From Selaginella moellendorffii (lineage: Eukaryota; Plantae; Lycopodiophyta), in assembly GCF_000143415.4 (NCBI RefSeq), contig NW_003314342.1, forward strand, positions 654,852 to 718,851: a stretch of DNA of 64,000 nucleotides, written 5' to 3'. Shown piece after piece: positions 24,304-36,402 of the stretch (within the stretch, counting starts at the first letter, position 1; each line of letters begins with the position of its first letter). The notes beneath the pieces are model-generated. The model saw only the letters and a program-made list of their open reading frames with translations, was not told the DNA's origin and did not search any database. Position numbers and translations under genes: made by a program.

Positions 24304-26818
24304 GCTTTTGGCTCTCGCTGTCTACAGACAACTCCAACCGAACAGCAAATGCAGGTTGGGCAGTCTTTTTCTCTTGAGTTGATACAAACGAAGACTTTCT
24401 GGCGACAGGCAACTGCATTTGAGGTGAAAAGGCTACTGATTGCCGGAAAGCAGAAAGAGGCTTTACGGGCTGCTCAAGACGGGCAACTTTGGGGATGTGC
24501 TCTTCTTATGGCCCGGCAGCTGGGAGAGAAGGTACCTTGTCTTGTAGCTTCGATGTATAGACCGTTAGTGATGGTCTTGTGGTTTTTAATAGTTCTACAC
24601 CGACACTATAGCGGACATGGCTCAACGTCAGTTTCAACCAGGGTTTCCCCTCCGGACTCTAACTCTTCTTTATGCTGGTCAACATGCCGGAGTGTTCGTA
24701 GGGAACACTAATTCGTCGAACGTAACAGCGCTTCAACCTCAACCGGTTCCAGCGTCCGCTGTAGATGGTGCAACACAGGTGAAATACTTTTATCAAGCTA
24801 CTCTCTTGCTTAAGGAGTGCATGTTGACTTGCAGGACGCAGTAGAAGGAATGCTCGAAGAATGGCAGGAAAACCTGGCTATAATGGCAGCTAACCGAACT
24901 AATGGGGACGAGAGAGTGATTATGCATCTTGGTGATTGTCTCTGGAGACATCGAGATGAGATATATACATGGTCACACGTTGATGTTTCTCATAGTTTTA
25001 ACTTGCAGATATGTGGAGCCCATATTTGCTATCTTGTTGCAAATGCTAGTTTTGAGCCTTTCTCTACTTCTGCCAGACTTTGTCTTATAGGTGCCGACCA
25101 TTGTAAGTATCCACGCACGTACGCTAGTCCAGAAGCTATCCAGGTAAGCCGTGTTTGTCCTCAATAACAATTGTTAACCTTTTCTTCATCAGCGAATGGA
25201 AGTGTACGGATTTGCAAGAGTGACTGGCAATTCCTAGTTTATTTTACTTCCTTTTCAGCCATACAAGCTTATTTATGCGTCGATGCTTGCTGAAGCTGGA
25301 AAGATAAACGAAGCTTTAAGGTTGGTAGTGATTTTTAACTGTATCCTTAAGGTTTCTCTTCGAAGGTATTGCCAAGCGGTGTTGAAAACATTGAAAACAG
25401 TGGGCCATGCAGCTGATGTGTGCAAAGAAGCGGCTGTAGCCTTGGAAGAGCGTCTTCGTATCCACTCTCAGGTTTGTAATCGGACACTCGGCTTTTATAC
25501 TCACTTTCCTGTTATCCAGGGAGGCTCGACGTCAATTGTGCAACGGTTTTTTGGCAATATTGGTCTACACAAGATGATAGGCCCTTCTTCCCCGAAAGCT
25601 TCTGATATGCTGATATTAATAACTGTCCCGCAACAGCTTCTAGCAGAGGCAGTGTATCACTTGCCTCGTCGGCATCAATGGAACCCATAAGTGATAATAC
25701 GAGAAAATCCAACATGCCAGCGAGAAGCATTTCTGAGCCTGACTTTAGGCCTGCACAGGTAACTCGACTTGCTCTTGTGTACCTTCAATTAAGACTTGTA
25801 TTCTTTCATCAGATCGTTAGTCTAGCGAAAGGAACGCCAAACAGAGGCGTCTTTACTTCTTTCATGCAAAGAGCGATGGGCTTCATAAAAACACCTTCGA
25901 AGGAGGTTTGTAGAAGCTTTGGAAAGAGCGCTAGCTGATTGATGGTTGGTACGTGATGCAGGCAAAGCTTGGCGACAGCAACAAGTTTAGATAGGGTTGA
26001 AGAAGGAGCCGAGGCACAAGCGCCAGAGCTTCCGTTGGCTCCTCCTCCCACGGCAAACAAGCTCGTCTCACGCGTGGAGGAGAACGGCGCTCCTGTTTCC
26101 ATGTCTCCGGAGAGACCACAGCCAACTCCGGAAAGGCCGCAACCGGTTGTGAGTGGAATCCCACCAATGCCTCCGAGCAGTAACCAGTACGCAGCTCGCG
26201 CACGTCAAAACGTTAGATCAAGGTATCATTCCCAGCACTCCAATCTCACGAGGTTTTTGCAGATATGTCGATACATTCAACAAAGGTAGCGTAACACCAT
26301 CCAAGACATCATCGGACTCTCCTCCACTGTTTGGCGTGGTGCCAAAGGCAAGCGCAAAGCCTTTAGCTCCAGCGAGATTTTTCGTGCCTGCGGCCGCTGC
26401 TGCCGCTGCTCCAGATATCAACAGCAACCATCCGGTGGATCCTTCCTCGGCACCGGCCTTTGTCCCCGACACGGCATTCTCAAACGGGAATGGACCGTTT
26501 GCAGCAGCAGCATTCGCTCAGCCGGTTGTACAGGATATGAGAAACGATCCGGGGCCAACGCCTGATCATCTCTCGAGCGGCTCTTCACCAGCAATGTTCT
26601 ATTCGAATCACTATCCAGCAGCACCGTCGACCGTCTCGTTGCCGCCACCTCCAGCTCTGGAAGTCACTCCGCCAGTGATGGTCGAGCAGCAGCAGCAAAA
26701 CCAACACCAGGAAAGTTCGATTCATCGGCACCACCATCAACAGTCCGGCACAGTGGGATTTGAAGCTGCCAGTTCCTCCGGAGTGTTTGGAGACGAATTG
26801 CAAGAGGTGGAATTGTAA
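24304..26818 (+). pseudogene. SEC16: SEC16 (COPII scaffold, MAIGO5-like) C-terminal half, multi-exon, with an in-frame stop
   Basis: QMQ/ATAFEVKRLLIAGKQKEALRAAQDGQLWGCAL, WQENLAIMAANRT, AHICYLVA..RLCLIGADH..YASPEAIQR, FQPYKLIYA, C-terminal ELQEVEL. TAG at 25235-25237; donor GT>AT at 24961. Confidence 0.88.
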
Positions 26819-27849
26819 ATCACACTCCACAAGTAAGTAGTAGTGACTGTTGCTGGGTGGATTTTGGTAGAGCAGTGTAGCGAAGTAGTAGTCGTGGAAG
26901 GAGGAATTTTTTTTTGGCTGGGGTGATTCTTTGGAGCCAGGAAACCGTTGCACGAGTTAAACCGCTTTGCAACATTAAACATCTGTACTACATTATTTAA
27001 TAATCCTGCCTAAATTCAAACAAAACTGATACAAGCTATTAGTATCATAACACTACCCTATTCTTTGTCAAGCTTGCATTTCAAATTTTCACCCTCTTAG
27101 CCTTATGGTTTTTTCTTAGGTTTTATTATTTGGGTTCTCTATGGATCACATCTTAGGAGGCATTTTTCCTTCCTCTCTAGCACATCTTAAGCACATATCT
27201 CTCCCACACTGTTTTGGTTTGTTTATGGCCATGGTCTTTCCTCAAAACATATAGTTTCCATTATTATAAAGAATATACATTTGTATTTTAGTATTGCTTG
27301 GTGTTGTGAGGGCCAAGTGTACAGCTACGATGCCATATACTAATATTAGCATAGTAAGATTTTAGTAGCCGTCAGATTGGTTTCAATTTGCACCATTCGC
27401 TCTTGTATATAAGTTAAAGTTTTTAGGCTAAATGCTATGCACATTTTCTATATTCCCTTTCCATATCTCAAGAACTCACATTGGTGGAGGTGAGGGGCAC
27501 CTTTGATTGTCCCTAAGGAGTGTTTGAATTTGGGATTTTGGTTTAGATCTAGCTTTTGCATCGTTTAGATTTAACTTTTTCCATTTCCTTTCTTTTGTTC
27601 TTCCTTTTTAGGATTTTGGTTTAGATCTAGCTTTTTGCATTGTCTAGATCTCCCATTTCCTTCTTGCTTTTTGTCGTTTCTCTTCTTTTCCTCTTTCTTC
27701 ATCCGTCTTCATGGCAGATCAACAATCTCCTCTTTTGATTATGGAGTAGCAGTTGGTACAATTGCTTAATGCTATGCACTTGCAATTGAGCAATCAAACT
27801 CAGTTGATAGCGGCGTTCATGGCACGTGGTACAACTCCTCTTGCTCTTG

Positions 27850-30800
27850 TATGAAACACAAAATCCCTAGGCCTCAAAGTGGAGCTGAAAGGGCACCATG
27901 TGGTAGTGGCCGAAGCGAAAGCCAAACAAGCGTAACACGTTTGGACTAAAAGCTCCGACTTGAAAAGGTCGAGAGTGGGAGTGGAACTCCCAACGAAGTG
28001 CTCGAGGAACAAACACAAAGTGAAAGAAAAGTGAGTCTCTAGAAAAGGGACACAAGAGGACCGACACATGACACGTGGAAGGACCTGAGATGGAGTCCAA
28101 GATGGAGTCTAAGATGGATCCAAGATGGATCCGAAATGGAGTTTGAGATGGAGTCCAAGATGGAGTCTGAGAAATGGGACTTATGGAGGTTGTGAATGAG
28201 ACTCCTCCAAGTGGTTGGAGGTGCGGTTAAGTGACTAAAGTAGAATGGAAAAATTAGTCGATTACAACTTGGTATCGGAGCTGTTCCTTAGTCCGACTTT
28301 TATTGATGCTTAAGTATATCACCACTTGTATGGGAATTAGAAGGTCCTAGGTATAGACCTATCCTCGAGGAGGAGCATGTCAAGAGGACATGGCTCTCCC
28401 CTCAAGTTCATGTGTGAACTTGTGCGCAATGTGGTGGATGGAAAAGGCCAGTAAGGGAACGACTTTGGGATCTTGGGAACAATATAAAGGTTTCCTCAGA
28501 AAGTTGAGGATGTGATCCAGATGAGCGTTTGATGCAGTAAACGGGCTAATGTAGTTGTGGTAAACAACTATAGTTAGGATCACGGGAAAGATGCAAACTC
28601 CAAAACGATAATGGAGTCACAAGATTACCCTCATATAGTTGAGGTTGGTGCTCATGAATTTGAGACTGGAATTGATGATCGTGGGAGGTCAAATACGGTA
28701 GAGGACACAAGTCCTTGAAATGGTAGCCGGGGCTACCTTTAATAAATGTTGGAACAACCCAAGGAGTTGGGGGTGTACTTAGAGGATGAGTTGGTATTCT
28801 CATCACATGGATAAGTGGTCATAAAGGGCAAAAGGTTGCCCCTAGAGAACAAATCAAGTGTCGGAGTAACACTTGCAAAGATGGTCCTTGTGAGTAGGAC
28901 ATGAATACAAGGAGTTGTATTCCAGTGAGCTAGCACCTCAAAAGTAAGACCTTATGGGTCGTCGGATTAGCAAAATCCAAAAAGTCTGATGACTCTAATA
29001 GAGTTAAGGAATAATCCTAAGGGATCGAGAAGCATTTGGACTGAGGTGCGTGGTGCCCCATGAAGGATGGGGAGGATCTTGAGATCCAAGTATGAAAACA
29101 GTGTGTATCTCATTGATGGCAAAATGTGCCACACTAAAGTCGTGGGAAAGGTGTTCCCAGAAGAAGCAACTTTAGTGCAGAGTTGTGTGCGAACACTATG
29201 GTGTAATGCTAATGAATAGTTGGCATGAGAAACGACTGGGTTGGTCTTGGCAAAGACTTAGACACAAGTGCAAAGTGTCATAAAGGCAGACTCATGGAGC
29301 CGATGGTGTGGGGACACCAAATGGGCCAAGGTGTGATACCTTCAGGTTATGTTGATGAGTTCATGAGAACCCTTTGCCAAGGGAATCCCAATGGAAATGA
29401 GAATGGCATAGCCTAAGCTGGAAAGCATGTGGTAGAGTGTGGTGACCCGGATAATGATGGAGGTGTGGAAGCATCAGCAATGAGTTGTGGGACTTGACAA
29501 CTATGAGACAACTAAGCAGGAGGTGTAGGTAATTGGTTAAACGGGTAGAAAGTAGCTACCCAAGACTTCTTAAAGTTAAATATACCCTTATTGGGGATAA
29601 GTTGCTTATGTTGCGATATAATAAGTCAATGTCGTAAAAGGAAATGCTCATTGTCAAAGAGGCCATCATTGGGACACCCAAACACTCTAGAACACCAAGA
29701 GGTGGTATTTAGTGTTGCAAGGGCAATAAATAAGGCCCAAGGGACAAAGTCCCTGGCGAACGATGGATAGAAGGTGCTATCCAAACGTCCAAGATTGCAA
29801 AGATGGGAGAAATTTCTCTACCCGAATTGGACAAAGCCAAAAAGGGATTTTGGCAAAGGTAATGATGGGCATATAAAGGCATATGAGTAGCAACGTTAAT
29901 CCCGGTGTGTGGGATTACAAGGTGAGCATACTCGGATTGAGGAACCACTCCCGAGGTTATCGGGTAGATTCATCCCTATGAATACTTGCAAAGGCATGGT
30001 AGAAAGTGCAAAGCCATCCTCCTAGTCTGAAGGAGAATAATTGAAGGAAACATATGAGGCCAAAAAGCAAAGTAGTAAAGGGATGGAACCGAACCATAGG
30101 AATCGACAGGCATAACTGAGGGTGGTTATGTAAATTGGGAGTGGAGAATCAAGAGGGTGCTCAAGGATGTTGTTACTAGCAACCGCGATGCCATGGAGAG
30201 TCTAAAATGGGGAATTATCCATATTAGACCATATGGTGACTAGGGAGCTTGCAAAGGAGAAGCCTTAGTGAGTTAAGGAATAGAGTTCCTTGAAGGTTCC
30301 CAAAGACAATTTTAGGTAGATAAGTACTTAGAAAGCCAAGTGTAAATGATTCTTAAAGTGCGTGAAATCAGAGTGGCGCAGCAGAAGCGTGATCTTGAAG
30401 CTAGCTATGAGGCGAGGCTATCAAGGTTGGGGAAATTGTTCCCGAGTGTTCAAAGAGAGGGCTTTGAACAAAAGGCGATGGTTAAAGACTTTCACGCTTA
30501 TGCATGAACCATGTTACAGTAGCCGAATGACTTGCTAAGCGAGATTGGCGAGTCAGGGGAATAAATCCCCTAGTTGAAGGTGCTAACTTCAAAAGGGGTG
30601 GCCCATGGGGCCGAGCATGGAGGATATGCAAGATCACAAACTTGTCAAGCGAGAGGACTTGGTAGTGTAGAGGAACTAGGTTCCTAAGCTGTGATCTATA
30701 GCATGCTTTAAGTACATGTTGGTGCACCGGCGTGGGGAGTCACGCTAGGCATCCTGTGTGATGCCGTCCGTAGATGCATATACGGAGGTTGGGTTCGAGT

Positions 30801-33800
30801 CCCGACCCTCTAGTGCTTGGGTTCGAGTCCCAACTCACTAGGGCGTGGTGATGGTTTGGAATATGAGGATATTCATATTTCAGTGGTTATGGACTCTTAG
30901 TGGGGAGATTGGTTTGGGCACACCGCCAAGCGAGGGATGCCTTGGAGTTGTGATACACAGTTAGATTGCTTAGTATGAAAGCTCAGCATATCTAACTTGA
31001 ACACTTTGGTGCAAGGGGGCACCAAGGACGAGGTGATTGAGATGGGGACACTCAATCTTAGTTGCTATGGACCCTTGGCTGGAAGGGCTGGCTTGGGCGC
31101 ACCACCAAGCGTGGGGGATGCCCCTGGGTCATAGTCAACAACTTAAAAGTCTAGGAGACCTAGTACCTATTGGCAAACCTATTAAGGTGCCGAGGTTAGA
31201 TCACTAAGTGATCTTATGGTTAAAAACAAGGATAAGGTCCTTGTGAGGTTAAGGGATAAAGTTCTAAGTTCAAAGTGTTGATTGGAACTATTGATGATAG
31301 TGTGGCTTGGTCAAGGTGATCAAGTGGGAAGGACACCTAAGGGAAATGAGATATGTTAATGCAATGACATAGTGAGTCTGAGGAAAGTAGTCTCTATAAA
31401 AGACCCATGGGAGGGTCACAAAGTTGGGCCGTAAATAGACCCCATAGCAGAAGATGCTAAAGAGACGTACTAGGGGTGAACACCCTCCGGACTTGGCAAA
31501 GGAGAGTCTTTGCTATAGAACCGAAAGGATACCTCGAAAATGGAGGTAGCGATCCTATGTTGCTAGATGCAACAATCAAGGATAGGAGCAAAAGACTAGT
31601 GGTTAAGTAAAGAGCCATAGAAACCATGGGAAAGAATCTAAATGGCAAAGTTAGGCCAAGAACACTAAGGTGTTGGGTGCTAACAGATTGTGGGAAATGC
31701 AAATGTGTTTCCAAGGATGGATTCCCAATTGCTTCAATTTGGCGAAAGTGGAAGCTCTAGGGGAGGGAGCGGTAAGGTAGCCAAACACAAATTATGATAA
31801 CTGGAACTTAGTGCCAATGGTGGCACAAAATAAAAAAGAGGATGATGATGCCCTCAAGTAGAGAACTTTATAAGATGGGGAAGTGGAATTGCATAATATG
31901 TGCAATGCAAGGTGTTGGAGACATCCAAGAAATTGACTTCGAGAAGTCAAAGTTAAAAGTTCCAAAGTGCAGGGGTTATATCGATGGAAAGCGAGACTAC
32001 TTGAGAATGAGTAGTGGGATTGAGTTAGAGAAGGTATCTTTAACAACTTTAGCGAGAACTAAACTAGTAAAAGGAGAGAACCACCACAAGTGGTTCAATC
32101 AGTCTTTAAGTTGGAGAGATTATACTCCTTAAAGGATGAGGAAGGCATGGTGAGCCTTCAATATCAAACCATTGACGAATATTGGTGAGGGGCCAAAGAT
32201 GGAAATGGTAATACAAGTTGGTATTACTTTATAAAATAGTTTATCGTTCGATGAGGACATCGAACTTTGTCTATGGGTGGTGGAGTTGTGAGACACAAAA
32301 TCCCTAGGCCCCAAAGTGGAGCTGAAAGGGTGCCACGTGGTAGTGGCCGAAGCAAAAGCCAAACGAGCGTAACACATTTGGACTAAAAGCTCCAACTTGA
32401 AAAGGTCAAGAGTGGGAGTGGAACTCCCAACAAAGTGCTCGAGAAACATGCACGAAGTGAAAAAAAAGTGAGTTTCTAGAAAAGGGACACAAGAGGACCG
32501 ACACATGACACGTGGAAGGACCCGAGATGAAGTCCAAGATGGAGTCCGAGATGGATCCGAGATAGATCTGAGATGGAGTCCGAGATGGATCCGAGATGGA
32601 GTCCGAGATGGAGTCCGAGATGGACCCGAGATGGAGTCCGAGATGGAGTCCGAGATGGACCCGAGATGGAGTCCAAGATGGAGTCTGGGATGGACCTGAG
32701 ATAGAGTCCGAGATGGAGTCCGAGATGGACCCGAGATGGAGTCCGAGATGGAGTCTAGATGGAGTCCGAGATGGACTCGAGATGGAGCCTGAGATAGACC
32801 CGAGATGGAGTCTGAGATGGACCCAAGATGGAGTCCGAAGTCGAGACCGAGACCAAGACCGAGATTGAGACCGAGATCGGGACCGAGACTGAGACTGAGA
32901 CCGAGGCTGAGTCCGAGTCCGAGTCCGAGTCCGAGTTTGAGTCTGAGAGGGTGAAAGCCCAAAGCGCTCGTCTCCCAAACCCTGGGGGGTTTGGTGAGCT
33001 CCAAAAGTATAGTAAGGGGGAGGACTGCAGTGGAGCCAGTTTGGCCAGGAAAGGCTAGTTTGGCCTAGGAAGACTATATCCAATGTTGGGTGATGAGTTG
33101 CCCATTGGGAAGTCCAAAACTAGAGTGAACATGGACCGACAAACGGGGTAGCTTAGTGAAGTGTTCAAGAGCCGGCTCTAGTTCCCCCGGGAGATCAACT
33201 GGCCGATGCTCCCAGTCTAAGTGTGGGTGGCACTACCTACTTGGATACCTGGTGTGGCTCAACGAAACCTCACTCTAAGCCCATGGCTAGAGCACCCAAA
33301 GGCAGAAGGCGAGGAAAGTACCCAGGAGGCCCACGTAGGGCCACGGTGTTCCGAAATGTTGCCCCAAAGTCCCAAACTATGGAAAGGAAGAGGAGTAGCC
33401 CTCTGGTGTGGTGACTAAGGAGACAGTCACACAGTGAGGAAGTCCCAGAGGACAGTTGGACTTAGTGGTCGGGCCTGTGGGCCTTGATCTAGTGGCAGTG
33501 TTAGCGAACACGACCATGGACAAAAAGGGACTTGATGGGGACTGGAAAAGAGATATTGGGGAAGGCTATTCCCCATGTCTGTGACATCCTAAGGATGCTA
33601 AGGAGTGGATCTGGGATGATCACTCATGGACGGATGGTCTAGCCTTTGAGAGACGGGATTGTGATGCAGGTGGCATTAGTCCACCGGTGTGACCAGGGTG
33701 AATGGGCATGGCCTTAGCATAACGGGCCGATATATCGGTGGTACCTTGGGGTGTCGGTCATGGGATCTGATATGTGGAGCACTTGGACTAAGTGTAGAGG

Positions 33801-33942
33801 TTGAATGGCATGGATGCCATTCTCGGGGCTAGCAAGCCCCAAGTCTTGAATGGGACTTATGGAGGTTGTGAATGAGACTCCTCCAAGTAGTCGGAGGTGT
33901 GGTTAAGTGACTAAAGTAGAATGGAAAAATTAGTCGCTTACA
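27850..33942 (+). mobile_element. Family B non-autonomous LTR element (LARD-like), copy B1; 5' LTR 27850-28266 (internally deleted), 3' LTR 32287-33942
   Basis: Perfect TSD TCTTG; PBS TGGTATCGGAGC; PPT GGGTGGTGGAG; 4.0-kb internal region with no gag/pol motif; inserted in gag of element A. Confidence 0.92.
32520..32946 (+). repeat. LTR minisatellite of family B: GAGATGGAGTCC (12) / GAGATGGACCC (11) array followed by GAGACC/GAGTCC hexamers; also at ~28085-28170, 36685-37150, 42465-42765, 52325-52835, 58170-58645
   Basis: Tandem units are directly visible in all six LTRs. Confidence 0.95.
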
Positions 33943-36402
33943 TCTTGGTGCTAGTTCTTTCGTTCGACCGAAGTTCTTTTGTGGGAATCCTAGGGATGAT
34001 GTGTACCATTGGTTCAATCATTTCACGGTGATTGCCACATATCATTCTTGGGATGATACTCCACGTTTGTGTGAGTTTCCCACGTGTCTCCAAGGATGGT
34101 GTTGCAATGGTACAATGGTTTGAGCACAACCACTCGTGGGGATTGGAGTGTTCTCCTGGGCGTCTTCAAACGCGCCTTCGAACATGCTGACAACTGTGAT
34201 GATGCCTTCCAACAATTGCATCATCTTTGCCAAGGGCCATCTAAGTCAGTGATGCAATTTGGCTTTTATTTCCGAAGTCTTTTACTTCGTGTGGAGCCAC
34301 ATATGTCGAAGCGGATCAAGCTAGGAATGTTGTGGCTAGCACTTCGTTAAGATCTTGTCAGACTTGTGCATGCACTTGCTCCCGCCACCCTTGACGATGC
34401 TCTTTGCTTGGTATAACGTTATGAGACGTCGCCTCTTCCACTTCTTGCTGCCCGTCCTTCAACTCTCCTTCTTATAGGTGATAGTCCTATTCTAATGGAG
34501 GTTGATGTTGCTGCTGCTCGAGTCCAAGGACAAGGGCGAGGACATGGTCATGGCCGTGATGTTCGCTGCTGGGCGTGTGATAAAGTTGGTCATACTTATC
34601 GGCGCTATCGGCGTTTTCCGATTGGCGACCTCCATTTCTTGGGTGGAGACTTTGGCGTCATCAATGTCCTATTGATGCTGCTGCAGTGGAAGGTTTGGAC
34701 ACTGAGATGCATCCGGGAAACGAGGAGTCACGCGAGTAACAGAGGGACCTTGCGTGAATAAATCAGTGACCTCTCCATCTTAATTTCGGGAGTATCATCA
34801 AGGGGTTCACTCGACACCGGTTCATCTAGTGTTACTTTCCAAGCTCATTTTTATAACAAGAGGTCTCCTATTATTCTCTCTTTGTTGGTTGATACAAGTT
34901 CGAGTTTATCTTTTATTGCTCAACTTGTTCTCTGTCGTGGAGTAGTTCACCTCTGCTAGTTGTAACATATGGCTTATATATGCAATGGGATGATGCTGAC
35001 TAGGCACACTCAGGCTTTCTTGCATTAGCACACCTCCAAGACTAATATCAAAAGCATCTACGCGCAAAATAAAAAGGTCAAGTGTAGTCAGGATATGCCA
35101 AAATCAGAGGAGTCGTCAATAGCACTTTGAGATCCACAAATGCCCACTCACAATCTGAAGACCAGATGAGAGATGATATTGATGACTTCAGCAATGCTCG
35201 CAATGGTGCAGTGTAATCAGAAAGATGATCCACAAAACGACCGAGATACTACACTTTGCCCAGGAAGCGCTGCACATCATTCACACACTTCTGAGTAGGG
35301 AACTTTAGAACAGCCACAAGTTTGTCATGATCAACTTGCAAACCTTTACGAGAAATACGGTACCCAAGATAAGTCGTGTCCTTGGACCCAAACACGCATT
35401 TTGACCACTTCAGCTTTAAACCAACGTCCTATAGCTAATCTAACACTTTACACACATCACGAATATGCTCGTCCCACGTCCCCTCTGAGTGAATTAAGAC
35501 ATCATCAATGAAGTTAATAGTCACCTTTGGCATATCACAAAGAACCTCGTCCATCATCTGCTAAAAAGTTGCTAGAGCATTGTTTAAACCAAATAGCATC
35601 ATCAAGAATTCATATAAACCAAACAGTGCATAAAAAACAGTCTTAGGAATATCTTCTTCGGCTAACGATACTTGCTAGTACCCAAAAGCAAGATCTAGCT
35701 TGGTGAACCAATGACTTCGCCCTAAACGATTCAAGAGATCAGCAGTGTGAGGAAGAGGGTACACATCTAGGATCATCACTTCATTTAACGGACCATAGTC
35801 AATGTAAAAACAAATACTCCCATCAGGCTTCGTCACAAGATGAGGTTCATATGCCCAAGGACTCCACGACTTCTGAATAACACCCTTCTCCAACGTCTCC
35901 TTGATGTTTGCACGTAAAATCTTGATCTCCTTGGGTAACCGATGACGAACAGGAACCTTGATTTGGACGAGCATCCCCAGTTGGAATGGGATGACGTGTG
36001 GCAATCTTGGCCCTAGACAATAAGTCAAATTCAAAGAGATTAGAATACTCCTTCATGAGCCGGTCAACCGCTGCAACACAAAGACTGTCGGAGGGATCAA
36101 AAAAGGGAAGAGCAGAACAAGACAAAAACATAGGAGGAAATAGTGGGGGAACAAAATTAATGGAAGTAGAGGTAAAAGTAGAGGGACGAAGGGGTACGGA
36201 AGTGAGAGGAATGAATGAAACATAAGGAAGTATGAGACAAGGGGGAGAAGCCTCAAAGTCACACTTGGCATGATTGCACTGCAACCAATCCATACTAAGA
36301 ATGAGGTCAAAAGTTTGACTCAGCACCACCCATAATGACTGCAACTCAAGCTCAAGATCACCTACACGCACAACCAGGTCTGCCTCATCCCGTGCACATC
36401 CA

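Noticed and set aside
28985-29035. CTGATGA as a possible hammerhead ribozyme core (retrozyme)
   Set aside because: No GAAA follows stem II, and the motif is not conserved in B2 (CTAGATGA) or B3 (CTGGATGA).
30720-30841. tRNA gene
   Set aside because: Only T-arms are present; no acceptor/D/anticodon cloverleaf could be built.
32520-32946. CRISPR-like appearance of the repeat arrays
   Set aside because: The units are contiguous with no unique spacers, there are no cas genes, and the context is a eukaryotic LTR.
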